Notes: generated from the sequence alone by a model not told the origin. A DNA stretch of 63,960 bases, filler included, from Lama guanicoe (GCA_013239625.1; 180 parts of 180 records of this genome joined end to end with filler, not necessarily neighbours in it), one strand, 5' to 3'. Counted from the first letter of the whole stretch, positions 25,249-37,349 are shown. Translations and numbers: made by a program.

Positions 25249-25504
25249 ACGTACAAATGATTAAAAAGCACATGAAAAAATGCTCAATATCACTAATAAT
25301 CAGAGAAATGTACATCAAAACTTCAATTAGGTATCATCCCACACCAGTCAGAATGATCGTCATTCAGAAGTCCACAAATGATAAATGCTGGAGAGGGTTT
25401 GGAGAAGAGGGAACTCTCCTACACTATTGGTGGGAATGCAATTTCGTGCAGCCATTGTGGAAAACAGTATGGAAATTCCTCAAAAGACTAAAAATAGACT
25501 TACC
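25249..25504 (+). mobile_element. L1 ORF2 C-terminal fragment, open frame
   Basis: [16 protein letters not shown]...RYHPTPVRM...KCWRG...[23 protein letters not shown]. Confidence 0.95.
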
Positions 25505-25960
25505 NNNNNNNNNNNNNNNNNNNNNNNNNNNNNNNNNNNNNNNNNNNNTTAATTAATTAANNNNNNNNNNNNNNNNNNNNNNNNNNNNNNNNNNNNNNNN
25601 NNNNCACATTTCTAAGTTGCAATAGACACCACACCGAGCTCATATGCTAAGGAAGGGTAGTGGCAGGGGAAAAATATAATTTATGATCTTGGAAGAAAAT
25701 ATTTGGGCAGACAAAGATGACTGTGAGAATTTCAAATCCTCTTATCCATTTGGAAGGAGGTCTTCTCATAATCTGAATGATCTAGTCTTCCATTGGGAGG
25801 ACAAAGAAAATTTTTAAAAAATTGGTGAAATCAACCCAGAGCAGTTGACATGAATGCCTTNNNNNNNNNNNNNNNNNNNNNNNNNNNNNNNNNNNNNNNN
25901 NNNNTTAATTAATTAANNNNNNNNNNNNNNNNNNNNNNNNNNNNNNNNNNNNNNNNNNNN

Positions 25961-26110
25961 AAGAAGAGAACAAATCTGTTGCCGCACTCCTGGAGACTGA
26001 CTGTTAAGGTTGTATGTGATAAAGAACTGAATCCACTGCATTTCTTCTGTGGAAACAATTTCTGTGCTTCGATTACTTTCACAAAGCAAGCCCAATGTAT
26101 CGATCCGTAC
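25961..26110 (-). CDS. THADA: THADA exon, truncated by contig end
   Basis: Acceptor TATTTTAG, then VRIDTLGLLCESNRSTEIVSTEEMQWIQFFITYNLNSQSPGVRQQICSLL, nearly identical to recalled human THADA. Confidence 0.9.
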
Positions 26111-26672
26111 CTAAAATACAGCAAGCAATAGAATGGTGCCTTTTCAATGAAATAAGCAAAACCTAAACCACTTGACATGTTTAATTACTTACACAGGCTA
26201 CCAAAGGGGGAAAAAANNNNNNNNNNNNNNNNNNNNNNNNNNNNNNNNNNNNNNNNNNNNTTAATTAATTAANNNNNNNNNNNNNNNNNNNNNNNNNNNN
26301 NNNNNNNNNNNNNNNNAAAAAAAAAATAATAATACTGATGGAAAAAACATGTTCATATTTAGTATTTTCTCTGTGTTCTATCAAACAAAGCAGAAAAATC
26401 ATATATATGAAGAATTTATCCTTAATTTTGTGCCTCCACACTCCTTTGCTGACTTAAACAAGGATTAGTATACTATACACCAAAAATCTATTTAAATGCC
26501 AAAAGCAACTTTGTATTTCTAAGCCTTTGTGATGCCTTTTTATGTGGCAGAGAAAAAAGCAAATAAGATTTGNNNNNNNNNNNNNNNNNNNNNNNNNNNN
26601 NNNNNNNNNNNNNNNNTTAATTAATTAANNNNNNNNNNNNNNNNNNNNNNNNNNNNNNNNNNNNNNNNNNNN

Positions 26673-26928
26673 TTGTTATTTTGACAGGGATTGCTTTGAA
26701 TCTGTAGATTGCCTGGGTAGTACGGTCACTGGGTTGTATGGTCAACAACACTGATTCTTCCAATCCAAGAACACGGTGTATCTTTCCATCTGTTGGTGTC
26801 ATCTTCAGCTTCTCGCATCAGTGTCTTGTAGTTATTGGAGTACAGGTCTTTGGTCTCCTTAGCTAGCTTTAGTACTAGATATTTTTATTCTCTTTGATGT
26901 GATGGTAAATGGGATTGTTTCCTTAATT
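26673..26928 (-). mobile_element. L1 ORF2 fragment
   Basis: Antisense GATTGCTTTGAATCTGTAGATTGC...TTCTTCCAATCCAAGAACACGG; peptide QAIYRFKAIPVKI. Confidence 0.9.
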
Positions 26929-28808
26929 NNNNNNNNNNNNNNNNNNNNNNNNNNNNNNNNNNNNNNNNNNNNTTAATTAATTAANNNNNNNNNNNNNNNN
27001 NNNNNNNNNNNNNNNNNNNNNNNNNNNNTTTTATCGTTACATCCTGTTCCATCTGAAAGCCATGTGGCCACAGTTCTTCTCATTGTTTCCCTGATTTGAA
27101 ATGCATTTGAATCCTATTTGGGAATAAGAAAAAGAACAATACCTGAGAGAGTTTTGCATGGCAGAAGGACCAAAAGAACAAGATTGGTACAGGGAAGACT
27201 ATAAACATATAAATAAAAATCTTGGATATGGTATGAATTTCCCCTGAGCTGGCCTGGGAAATGACTGCAGGAACTGGGATATCCNNNNNNNNNNNNNNNN
27301 NNNNNNNNNNNNNNNNNNNNNNNNNNNNTTAATTAATTAANNNNNNNNNNNNNNNNNNNNNNNNNNNNNNNNNNNNNNNNNNNNAGAGGGAGATGAATTC
27401 TCTAAATAAGGCTGAGTTCAAATTGGAAACCAGATTTTCAAATGTTGTCCTACTGCAGGGACTAGGAGGCACATAGGCAGCAGGGGACGGGATGCAGCCT
27501 TGGGGCAGTGATGGCCTCCGACACATCCCACACGTGGTGGCCTCGAGCATGAACACATCAGAGCAGAGCATTGGTCATGCTTTTGAGGCTGAACACACTG
27601 AGCAGGTAACATAAAGATCGGTCCCAAGGGGGACCACCAANNNNNNNNNNNNNNNNNNNNNNNNNNNNNNNNNNNNNNNNNNNNTTAATTAATTAANNNN
27701 NNNNNNNNNNNNNNNNNNNNNNNNNNNNNNNNNNNNNNNNTTATTCCTTCTCTGAGGGAAAATAAAATACAACATTAAATTGATCATCTAAGCCATTTTT
27801 AAATGTACAGTAGTGTTAAGAATTGTTTGCAACATCTCTGTAGAACTTTTTCATCTTGCAAAACTGAAACTCTACAGGCATAAAACACTACTTCCCCCTC
27901 CCTCTGCTCAGTCTTGGCAAAATACATTTCTATTTTCTATTTCCATCTTTTGACTACTTTGGCTACTTCATAGGAGTAGAATCATATAATATTTGTNNNN
28001 NNNNNNNNNNNNNNNNNNNNNNNNNNNNNNNNNNNNNNNNTTAATTAATTAANNNNNNNNNNNNNNNNNNNNNNNNNNNNNNNNNNNNNNNNNNNNAAAT
28101 CTGCTGCTGATTAATGCTTTCCCTCCAAAGGCAGGCACTCTGCTACCTCCTCGTATGGGGCCCAGCGCAGTGTGATAGAAACACTCAGATAACACGTCTG
28201 GGAGGCCCAGGAATTCTACCATGCTGCTGCTGTGCATGCTGTGTTGCTGCATATTCTGTATCTTTCTCATCACTAAGGGTTTTGGTGGTGCTATATTTTC
28301 TTATAAGTTTGATTGTCAGTTCAAGCCCAGGAACTCTGCTGTTGGAGCAGTGNNNNNNNNNNNNNNNNNNNNNNNNNNNNNNNNNNNNNNNNNNNNTTAA
28401 TTAATTAANNNNNNNNNNNNNNNNNNNNNNNNNNNNNNNNNNNNNNNNNNNNACCCCCTGAAATCCTCTCTCCCAGCATCACTGCTCCAGCCCCGGGTGT
28501 GGGACAGACCTTCCCCGACACCACCTGCTGACACTTCACACCCAGCCCCCTTCACTCGCAGAGCCGCTCAGAGAGGGAAGGGCCCAGGAAGCATCGACCT
28601 CAGCCCCCACTTTACAGAGGAGGAGACTGAGGCCTGGAGAGCCAAAGGGCTTTCCCACTGTCACGGAGGGAAATGGTGTAGACAAGTCATCTGCTGGTTC
28701 TCCCTGGANNNNNNNNNNNNNNNNNNNNNNNNNNNNNNNNNNNNNNNNNNNNTTAATTAATTAANNNNNNNNNNNNNNNNNNNNNNNNNNNNNNNNNNNN
28801 NNNNNNNN

Positions 28809-29064
28809 GGGGTTGCGTCTGGGTGCACCCGGGACAGCCGCCCCCACCCGCATCCCCGTGTAGACGGCCGTCTCCACCCTGTGTCCTCACGTGGGCGTCC
28901 CTCTGTGAATGTCTGGGTCCTTATCTCCTCTTCTTATAAGGACCCCAGTCCTGTGGGATCAGGACCCACCCTAGTGACCCCATTTTACCTTCATCACCTG
29001 TTCAAAGACCCTGTGTCCAAACACAGCCCCATTCTGAGGTCCTGGGGGCCAGGACTTCAACATA
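28809..29064 (-). mobile_element. MaLR LTR (MLT1B/C-like)
   Basis: ATCTCCTCTTCTTATAAGGACCCCAGTC...ATTCTGAGGTCCTGGGGGCCAGGACTTCAACATA is antisense MLT1. Confidence 0.85.
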
Positions 29065-29906
29065 NNNNNNNNNNNNNNNNNNNNNNNNNNNNNNNNNNNN
29101 NNNNNNNNTTAATTAATTAANNNNNNNNNNNNNNNNNNNNNNNNNNNNNNNNNNNNNNNNNNNNACCAAACAGCTGGGCGCCCCAGCCGAGCCAAGTTGT
29201 CACGTGCAGTTCACCGTCACACGCGCCCAGCGCTGTTTTACAGAGAGCAGGACGTGAATGCAGAGTGCTTTCTGGCAGGTCTCGTGATGAGTCAGCACAC
29301 ACATCAGTCAGCCTGACCGCAGCTAACACATCAGATGCACTTCGACTGAAGAGATCTGAGCATCTAAAACAGGCTGGCAGACTGGTCCACGGCCTGCTTT
29401 TATAAATAAAGCTTTATTAGNNNNNNNNNNNNNNNNNNNNNNNNNNNNNNNNNNNNNNNNNNNNTTAATTAATTAANNNNNNNNNNNNNNNNNNNNNNNN
29501 NNNNNNNNNNNNNNNNNNNNTCACAGTGATGAGATTTGAATGAAGTTTATTCCAAATAAACTTCATTTGTTAAGAAAGAAACGCTGCTTCTACTCTAAAT
29601 TAATTTGAACCTCAAAGGAAAAGGTCTGGGCATTGCCCTTCTCCTGGTGTGACAGTCTTCAGTTAAAGTCTGAGTGTTCTGGGCAATACCTTCTGGTGGT
29701 GGTCGATCTAAGTAAATTCTGAATGGAAAAAAAAAAGTTAACAAAAATGATAAATCTTAGATGTGACTTAATTTAANNNNNNNNNNNNNNNNNNNNNNNN
29801 NNNNNNNNNNNNNNNNNNNNTTAATTAATTAANNNNNNNNNNNNNNNNNNNNNNNNNNNNNNNNNNNNNNNNNNNNAAAACTGAGCTAGAAGACCAGACC
29901 TGATAA

Positions 29907-30023
29907 GGAGGGAGGGTATAGCTCAGGTGGTAGAGAGCGTGCTTAGCATGCACAAGACCCTCCGTTAAAGTAAAACAAATAAATAAATAAAATAAACCTA
30001 GTTACCTCCCCCCCAAAGAAAAT
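29907..30023 (+). mobile_element. Vic-1-like tRNA-derived SINE with 12-bp target-site duplication and internal deletion
   Basis: Head GGGAGGGTATAGCTCAGGTGGTAGAG (A box) and tail AATAAACCTAGTTACCTCCCC. TSD CAGACCTGATAA at 29895-29906 and 30024-30035. The TTCAATCCCCAGTAC (B box) segment seen in other copies is absent. Confidence 0.88.
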
Positions 30024-30232
30024 CAGACCTGATAAACTCTCCCATAAAGCAACAGAAAACAATAAAGATATTAAAACAATAATGATATTAAATTAGGTAG
30101 GTAGATAGATAAATAGGCACCAAAAGACCATTNNNNNNNNNNNNNNNNNNNNNNNNNNNNNNNNNNNNNNNNNNNNTTAATTAATTAANNNNNNNNNNNN
30201 NNNNNNNNNNNNNNNNNNNNNNNNNNNNNNNN

Positions 30233-30488
30233 CCCTTGTGGGACGTGGACGCAGGAAAAAAGAATCCAGAACAGCATTCAGAACATCGGAGTCCCTCCCT
30301 GGCTCAGAGCTCTGGCTACTTCCACAGGCCCAGTCACAGCATCCTAGGATGTGTGTGCATCCAGAATTATGCATGAACAGGGCCCTCATGGAGGAAGCCC
30401 CCTGCTGTCTGCAGAGATCAGAAGATGGCAGAGATCACGGACAAGTCAAGACCCTCACTAACTGTGAATCAGCACGCCTCGATCCCAT
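30233..30488 (+). repeat. Near-identical duplicate of contig 31301-31556
   Basis: Same ends, 256 bp each, 7 substitutions counted by eye. Confidence 0.97.
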
Positions 30489-31300
30489 NNNNNNNNNNNN
30501 NNNNNNNNNNNNNNNNNNNNNNNNNNNNNNNNTTAATTAATTAANNNNNNNNNNNNNNNNNNNNNNNNNNNNNNNNNNNNNNNNNNNNCTTTGTGGTACC
30601 TGTAAGTGCAAACGTGGTTCAGAATAGTTTTCATGGGGTAGATGGTTAAAGTCACTTTCTCTCACAGTTTCATTTTCCACCTGGAGCGTGTTACAATTCC
30701 TGGAGTGCAGGGCTGGTTCATTTAGCTTCTGCTTCTTGACGACATTTCAAACCTCAGAGGGCTAGACAGTTATAGAGTGATAGATAACTGACAAAGTGGG
30801 ATTATTTCAGTGTAGAAATTCCCCGTTCTTTGAAGATGAGGGTANNNNNNNNNNNNNNNNNNNNNNNNNNNNNNNNNNNNNNNNNNNNTTAATTAATTAA
30901 NNNNNNNNNNNNNNNNNNNNNNNNNNNNNNNNNNNNNNNNNNNNTGGGAAACTTAATTCTGCCTCCTTGGGATCACCATGTTTGAGAGATAGATACAATC
31001 CTATATCGTACTAGTGATTGAGGCCATGCATTCAAACCCCCAGTGAAATCTCCATGTTCACCTCACTGAACGTGTCAATCAAGCAAATTTCCAATTGCTG
31101 AAAGGATTACTTGGACAGGGGAAACCATGTCATGTTAGATGTACCCAGTCATACTTTTGCCACTAATTTACAAAAGGGAATCTCCCACAGCCCTTCTTTT
31201 NNNNNNNNNNNNNNNNNNNNNNNNNNNNNNNNNNNNNNNNNNNNTTAATTAATTAANNNNNNNNNNNNNNNNNNNNNNNNNNNNNNNNNNNNNNNNNNNN

Positions 31301-31556
31301 CCCTTGTGGGACCTGGACGCAGGAAAAAAGAATCCAGAACAGCATTCAGGACATCGGAGTCTCTCCCTGGCTCAGAGCTCTGGCTGCTTCCACAGGCCCA
31401 GTCACAGCATCCTAGGATGTGTGTGCATCTAGAATTATGCATGAACAGGGCCCTCATGGAGGAAGCCCCCTGCTCTCTGCAGAGATCAGAAGATGGCAGA
31501 GATCACAGACAAGTCAAGACCCTCACTAACTGTGAATCAGCACGCCTCGATCCCAT
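31301..31556 (+). repeat. Near-identical duplicate of contig 30233-30488
   Basis: Same ends, 256 bp each, 7 substitutions counted by eye. Confidence 0.97.
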
Positions 31557-32012
31557 NNNNNNNNNNNNNNNNNNNNNNNNNNNNNNNNNNNNNNNNNNNN
31601 TTAATTAATTAANNNNNNNNNNNNNNNNNNNNNNNNNNNNNNNNNNNNNNNNNNNNGTGTCCCATCTTGCATCCAGCCCCGCCCATCATCACGTGTGTCT
31701 GGAGCACCCTCTTTCTTCTTCCAGTCCCACTGCTGTGGCCTGTTTCAGAGCCCCATCTCCTCTCACCTGGGTCACTTTTAAGAAGTCTCCCTGCCTCTGT
31801 TACCTGGTCACCTTCCACCTGTCCGCTGGGTCAGTTGTGACGGCTGCACTGATGCCCCACCCCTCGAAGTGTGGTCCTGGGCCCAGGAGCATCAGCATCA
31901 CCTGGGAACTTGNNNNNNNNNNNNNNNNNNNNNNNNNNNNNNNNNNNNNNNNNNNNTTAATTAATTAANNNNNNNNNNNNNNNNNNNNNNNNNNNNNNNN
32001 NNNNNNNNNNNN

Positions 32013-32268
32013 GATCTGAAAAACAAACAAACAAAAGCAAAGTAAATGAACAAACCAAGACAAACACACACAAGTAGATACAGAGAACAGAGCACTGGTT
32101 ACCAGAGGGGAAGGGGGTGGGTTGCGGGGAGGGTTGAAATAGGTTAAGAGGGTCCACTGTATGGTAATAGATGGAAACTGAGTTTCAGATGGTGAGCACA
32201 CAGAAGCAGAAATATAATGTTGGATACATGAAATGTACGTAACATTATAAAACAATGCTGACCTCAAT
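32013..32268 (+). mobile_element. L1 3' UTR fragment
   Basis: GATACAGAGAACAGAGCACTGGTTACCAGAGGGGAAGGG...TGGTGAGCACAC. Confidence 0.82.
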
Positions 32269-33080
32269 NNNNNNNNNNNNNNNNNNNNNNNNNNNNNNNN
32301 NNNNNNNNNNNNTTAATTAATTAANNNNNNNNNNNNNNNNNNNNNNNNNNNNNNNNNNNNNNNNNNNNAAGCTTTCAAAATACTTCATTCTGAATATTTG
32401 ATGTAGATTCATCTTGACCTAAATTTTAATGAAATATAGACTGGAAGGGAATGTTTCGTTATTCTTGAGTGACACTAACTTGCTTTGCAATGATATCCCG
32501 AAATCACTTAAAAACACTATATCCAGATGTCAGAAATGTACTCTCCACAAAGCAACAACAACAAAAAACCAAGCAAACAACAACAAAAAAATCTCTATAA
32601 GAAAGCCAAACAAAAACCCCAACANNNNNNNNNNNNNNNNNNNNNNNNNNNNNNNNNNNNNNNNNNNNTTAATTAATTAANNNNNNNNNNNNNNNNNNNN
32701 NNNNNNNNNNNNNNNNNNNNNNNNCGGGGGTCTCCGTCCCCCAGAAAGTCCTGGAGGTGAGCCCTTTGCTGTCGCTGGGGATTCCGAGAGACTTCTACGC
32801 TTCACGGACAATTCCGAGAGGAGGAGTCTCAGCCAAGGGCAGGACAGAGAAGCCACTGCTAGTCTGTAAATTATCTTTGGCGAATCTTATCACACAATTC
32901 CTCAGAGCAGAGAAACATTCAAGGGACCTCGGTGTTTCCTCGGAATTAAATAAATTGTTCATCCTTGTGACAGACAGAGANNNNNNNNNNNNNNNNNNNN
33001 NNNNNNNNNNNNNNNNNNNNNNNNTTAATTAATTAANNNNNNNNNNNNNNNNNNNNNNNNNNNNNNNNNNNNNNNNNNNN

Positions 33081-33236
33081 TCTGTGAAGTCGTGTACCTG
33101 GCGGCAGGCCCTGCGGAAGCGCTGCCCATTGGGGGTGAGGTAGTACACGAAGTCCCTGTACTGGAAGAGCTGCTGGTTCCGTTTTTCCACAAGGGCACTG
33201 AGCTCCAGGATAGCAGTAATATATTCACTGGGCTTC
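33081..33236 (-). CDS. CYP4F: Cytochrome P450 4F exon, truncated by contig end
   Basis: Acceptor CTCTCATGCTGCAG, then [51 protein letters not shown], matching recalled CYP4F2/3 [16 protein letters not shown]...[23 protein letters not shown]. Symbol is subfamily level only. Confidence 0.94.
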
Positions 33237-34148
33237 CTGCAGCATGAGAGCACGAAGGGAGGCAACAACTTAAAACACCTGAAGCCAGGAAGCTGGGAGC
33301 TACCTCCATCAGGACACTGAGTCTCCAAGAACAGATNNNNNNNNNNNNNNNNNNNNNNNNNNNNNNNNNNNNNNNNNNNNTTAATTAATTAANNNNNNNN
33401 NNNNNNNNNNNNNNNNNNNNNNNNNNNNNNNNNNNNCCCGGAAGAGCATCAGGGACAGCTCCCTAACATGAAACCCTAACTCATTGGCAGGACTTGCAGC
33501 CAAACAGGAAAATATTAGGCCCAGTGAGGCAGCAGGCTTTTTGAGAACTCCACTGTTTTTGAGGAGTGAAAAACAGGTACTGGGGTCACAGTCTACAGTG
33601 CCAGAAGCAGACCCATGCCTATTGGCCACAAAATCTGTCAATCAATAATGGGAGCCTCAAAATCAAAGCTGACAGTTCTGGACTGCATGATTNNNNNNNN
33701 NNNNNNNNNNNNNNNNNNNNNNNNNNNNNNNNNNNNTTAATTAATTAANNNNNNNNNNNNNNNNNNNNNNNNNNNNNNNNNNNNNNNNNNNNCATCAAGC
33801 AAGGATAGGATTTCAGTAAGTCTTGTCGTCACACCAGCCTGATCTCGAAGGGGAGCTCCGGAATGCTCGTCGTGCGTCAGTGTTTCCCCAGCTGGACATA
33901 AAGGACCTGGGCTGCATCAATCATGGGAAAGCCACACAGCAAGCTCACAAGCATTTTCTAAAGGGGGCAAGTGGCTTCAGCAGATGGAGGGCAGTTCTTG
34001 CATTTGCAGGTGAACACTATTAGACCTAAACACAGTCAAAGGGCATCTNNNNNNNNNNNNNNNNNNNNNNNNNNNNNNNNNNNNNNNNNNNNTTAATTAA
34101 TTAANNNNNNNNNNNNNNNNNNNNNNNNNNNNNNNNNNNNNNNNNNNN

Positions 34149-34370
34149 ACTCCTTGGGGCCAACCCTAGGGACCACCTGTTCTCTGTTCATCTTGTTTGA
34201 TCTCTCAGCAGCATCTGACAAATTGGGCCACTTCATCCTTCTAGAAAACTCTTTCTCCCTCAGCTTCTCCTTTACATCCTGCCTCACCGATGCCCTCTCC
34301 TCAATCCCTGGCTGGCGATTTGTCCGCTATTTAATTTCTAACTGTGGGAGGCCCTCGGGCTCATGCCTGT
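34149..34370 (+). mobile_element. L2 fragment
   Basis: TTTGATCTCTCAGCAGCATCTGACA...CTTCTAGAAAACTCTTTCTCCCTCAGCTTC reads LFDLSAASD, an L2 RT motif. Other likely L2 pieces lie near 31657, 39842, 51650 and 60135. Confidence 0.75.
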
Positions 34371-34504
34371 AACCATTTGCTAGACTACATGTTTTTCTTA
34401 TGTANNNNNNNNNNNNNNNNNNNNNNNNNNNNNNNNNNNNNNNNNNNNTTAATTAATTAANNNNNNNNNNNNNNNNNNNNNNNNNNNNNNNNNNNNNNNN
34501 NNNN

Positions 34505-34552
<48 letters not shown>

Positions 34553-34680
34553 AATTTACATATATATATATACACACACATACACACACATATATTAAAG
34601 CATTTTATATATATAATATATATATAAACAAATATATATATATATAAACAAATATATATGATATATATATATAAACAAAA
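34505..34680 (+). repeat. (TA)n / (CA)n compound microsatellite
   Basis: Seen directly. Confidence 0.97.
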
Positions 34681-34907
34681 TAACTTCCCAAGGTGCTAAG
34701 TGACTTAAGGTCAACAAAATTTCTAGCAAAATATTTCAAACATATGATAAGAATTTCTNNNNNNNNNNNNNNNNNNNNNNNNNNNNNNNNNNNNNNNNNN
34801 NNTTAATTAATTAANNNNNNNNNNNNNNNNNNNNNNNNNNNNNNNNNNNNNNNNNNNNGCATGGGATCATGCGACTGCGCGTAAAAATAAAACTGTGACT
34901 CCGAGTA

Positions 34908-35035
34908 GGGGAGGGCATAGCTCAGTGGTGGAGTGTGTGGCTTCAATCCCCAGTACTTCCAATATAAATAAATAAGTAAATAAACCTAATTACCCCCCCA
35001 AAAAACCCCAAAACAAAAACAAACAAATAAAAATA
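34908..35035 (+). mobile_element. Vic-1-like SINE with a central deletion
   Basis: GGGGAGGGCATAGCTCAGTGGTGGAG, TTCAATCCCCAGTAC, AAATAAACCTAATTACCCCC and an A-rich tail. Confidence 0.85.
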
Positions 35036-35294
35036 AGACTCAAAAGAATACATCTTTCCAGAAGTTCCTGTAGCGTCATTGCACGGGGCTCTCCCATGTT
35101 CAGCAGGCTCTCACNNNNNNNNNNNNNNNNNNNNNNNNNNNNNNNNNNNNNNNNNNNNTTAATTAATTAANNNNNNNNNNNNNNNNNNNNNNNNNNNNNN
35201 NNNNNNNNNNNNNNCTAATTTTATTTGATATTTAAAATATATAATACGGTCAAAATAAATTAACACTAATTTTGAATGAGAGATGAAGAGACTA

Positions 35295-35347
35295 TATCTA
35301 TATATCCGACTATATCTATAAATTAGATATAGTCGGATATATAGATA
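35295..35347. repeat. Perfect inverted repeat, 24-bp arms with 5-nt loop
   Basis: TATCTATATATCCGACTATATCTA (35295-35318), loop TAAAT, TAGATATAGTCGGATATATAGATA (35324-35347). Confidence 0.95.
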
Positions 35348-35570
35348 CACATGTGTACACACACACACACACAAAGAGCACTGAAAACTAACATTAATGA
35401 AAATTAATATTAATAAAAATTGCAATATAAACTTGGCCATGTTTGGGGTTAAGCAGAAGAATATTTTATTNNNNNNNNNNNNNNNNNNNNNNNNNNNNNN
35501 NNNNNNNNNNNNNNTTAATTAATTAANNNNNNNNNNNNNNNNNNNNNNNNNNNNNNNNNNNNNNNNNNNN

Positions 35571-35825
35571 TGCATTCCATGTTCTAAATTCTGGGTCCTG
35601 TATTCTGTGTTCTATATGCTATATTCTGTGTCCTACATTCTGTATTGTACCTTTTATTTTCTTTATTCCATATTCTAAATTCTGTGTTCTGCATTCCGTG
35701 TTCTAAATTCTGTGTTTTTATTCTGTATTCTATATTCTATTCTCTATATTCTGCATTCCATTTTCTAAATTCTGGGTTCTTTATTCTGTATTCTATATTC
35801 TCTATTCTGTGTTCTACGTTCTATA
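35571..35825 (+). repeat. Degenerate heptamer satellite with higher-order block
   Basis: Units TTCTGCA-TTCCATG-TTCTAAA-TTCTGGG and variants recur three times in the contig. Confidence 0.9.
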
Positions 35826-37349
35826 NNNNNNNNNNNNNNNNNNNNNNNNNNNNNNNNNNNNNNNNNNNNTTAATTAATTAANNNNNNNNNNNNNNNNNNN
35901 NNNNNNNNNNNNNNNNNNNNNNNNNCAAGCCTGAAGGGCCGTGGCAGGGAGCATCCTTGGGGACGAGAGGTCAGCAAGCCACCCAAGCACCGACAACCAT
36001 TCTGTCAGAACCAGTAGCAGGTTTGTTTTGTTTGCTTTGTTTGGCTGTGTGTGTGTGTGGGTGTGTGAGAGTTCCTTCCTTTCTATATTTAATTTTTTTA
36101 TTGAAGTATAGTTGATTTACAATGTTGTGTTAATTTCTGGCGTACAGCACACTGATTCAGTTATGTGTATATATTCCTTTTNNNNNNNNNNNNNNNNNNN
36201 NNNNNNNNNNNNNNNNNNNNNNNNNTTAATTAATTAANNNNNNNNNNNNNNNNNNNNNNNNNNNNNNNNNNNNNNNNNNNNTTTTTGCAAACAAGGTAAC
36301 AATCACACATTGTTATAGAAGTGATTAGACATGGACCTCTTTGGGGAACCGTAATTTAGCCTACAGCAAGAAATCCACGAGAATACCTACCATAAGCATC
36401 CACATGAATAGATTATAATCAAGTGGAATTTATTCCAGGAATGCAAGCCTGGTTCAATAGCCAAAAATCAACACTGTAATCTAACCTATGAAGAGTCTAA
36501 AGAAGAGAACCCATGTAGTCACATCAATACAGAAAAANNNNNNNNNNNNNNNNNNNNNNNNNNNNNNNNNNNNNNNNNNNNTTAATTAATTAANNNNNNN
36601 NNNNNNNNNNNNNNNNNNNNNNNNNNNNNNNNNNNNNTCCCCATCATGAAATCGAAGGGAAAAAGGAGGCAAGCACACTGTACGTTACAGGAAAGGGTCT
36701 GACTCCTGCGGATGAGAGGAACGGTTCCCGGACACGTGTGCAGAGTTTGTGACAACACTGTGCGCAACAAGGGAAGCCTGGAAAGAGCCTCATGTTCGGT
36801 CATGGGGGTGGGTCTATAAATTACCACACACTCACACGATGAGACACCGTAAAGCTGTATTAAAATGGTGCCACAGCACACACAGTGTCACGGNNNNNNN
36901 NNNNNNNNNNNNNNNNNNNNNNNNNNNNNNNNNNNNNTTAATTAATTAANNNNNNNNNNNNNNNNNNNNNNNNNNNNNNNNNNNNNNNNNNNNGACTGTG
37001 GCCACTGCCTGTAGGGGGTGCTCAGGCTTGTGGACAACTGCTCCACCACTGGGGGGTGCCCCTCTGGTTGCAACGTCTGCAGACTCCCGGGGAGCTCCAA
37101 GCGCACTCTTAGCTGATTTCCGCCCCAAATCAGAGGGACACTCAGGGCAGGGCCCCCTTAACCTCCACATGCCTGTCCTGCAGCAGGGAACAGCAAATGT
37201 GACTCCGTGGAAGGTCTGCTCCTTTAGCCCTAACTCTGCGCTGTTTCCANNNNNNNNNNNNNNNNNNNNNNNNNNNNNNNNNNNNNNNNNNNNTTAATTA
37301 ATTAANNNNNNNNNNNNNNNNNNNNNNNNNNNNNNNNNNNNNNNNNNNN

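Noticed and set aside
30238..31608. Duplicated 100-aa protein gene
   Set aside because: No known motifs, a non-ATG start, and the end lies in the linker. The similarity simply reflects twin contigs.
24181..33336. CYP3A-CYP4F gene cluster
   Set aside because: Co-occurrence results from sorting contigs by length, not from linkage.
35645..35881. Hydrophobic membrane-protein-like ORF
   Set aside because: It is a translation of the T-rich heptamer satellite.
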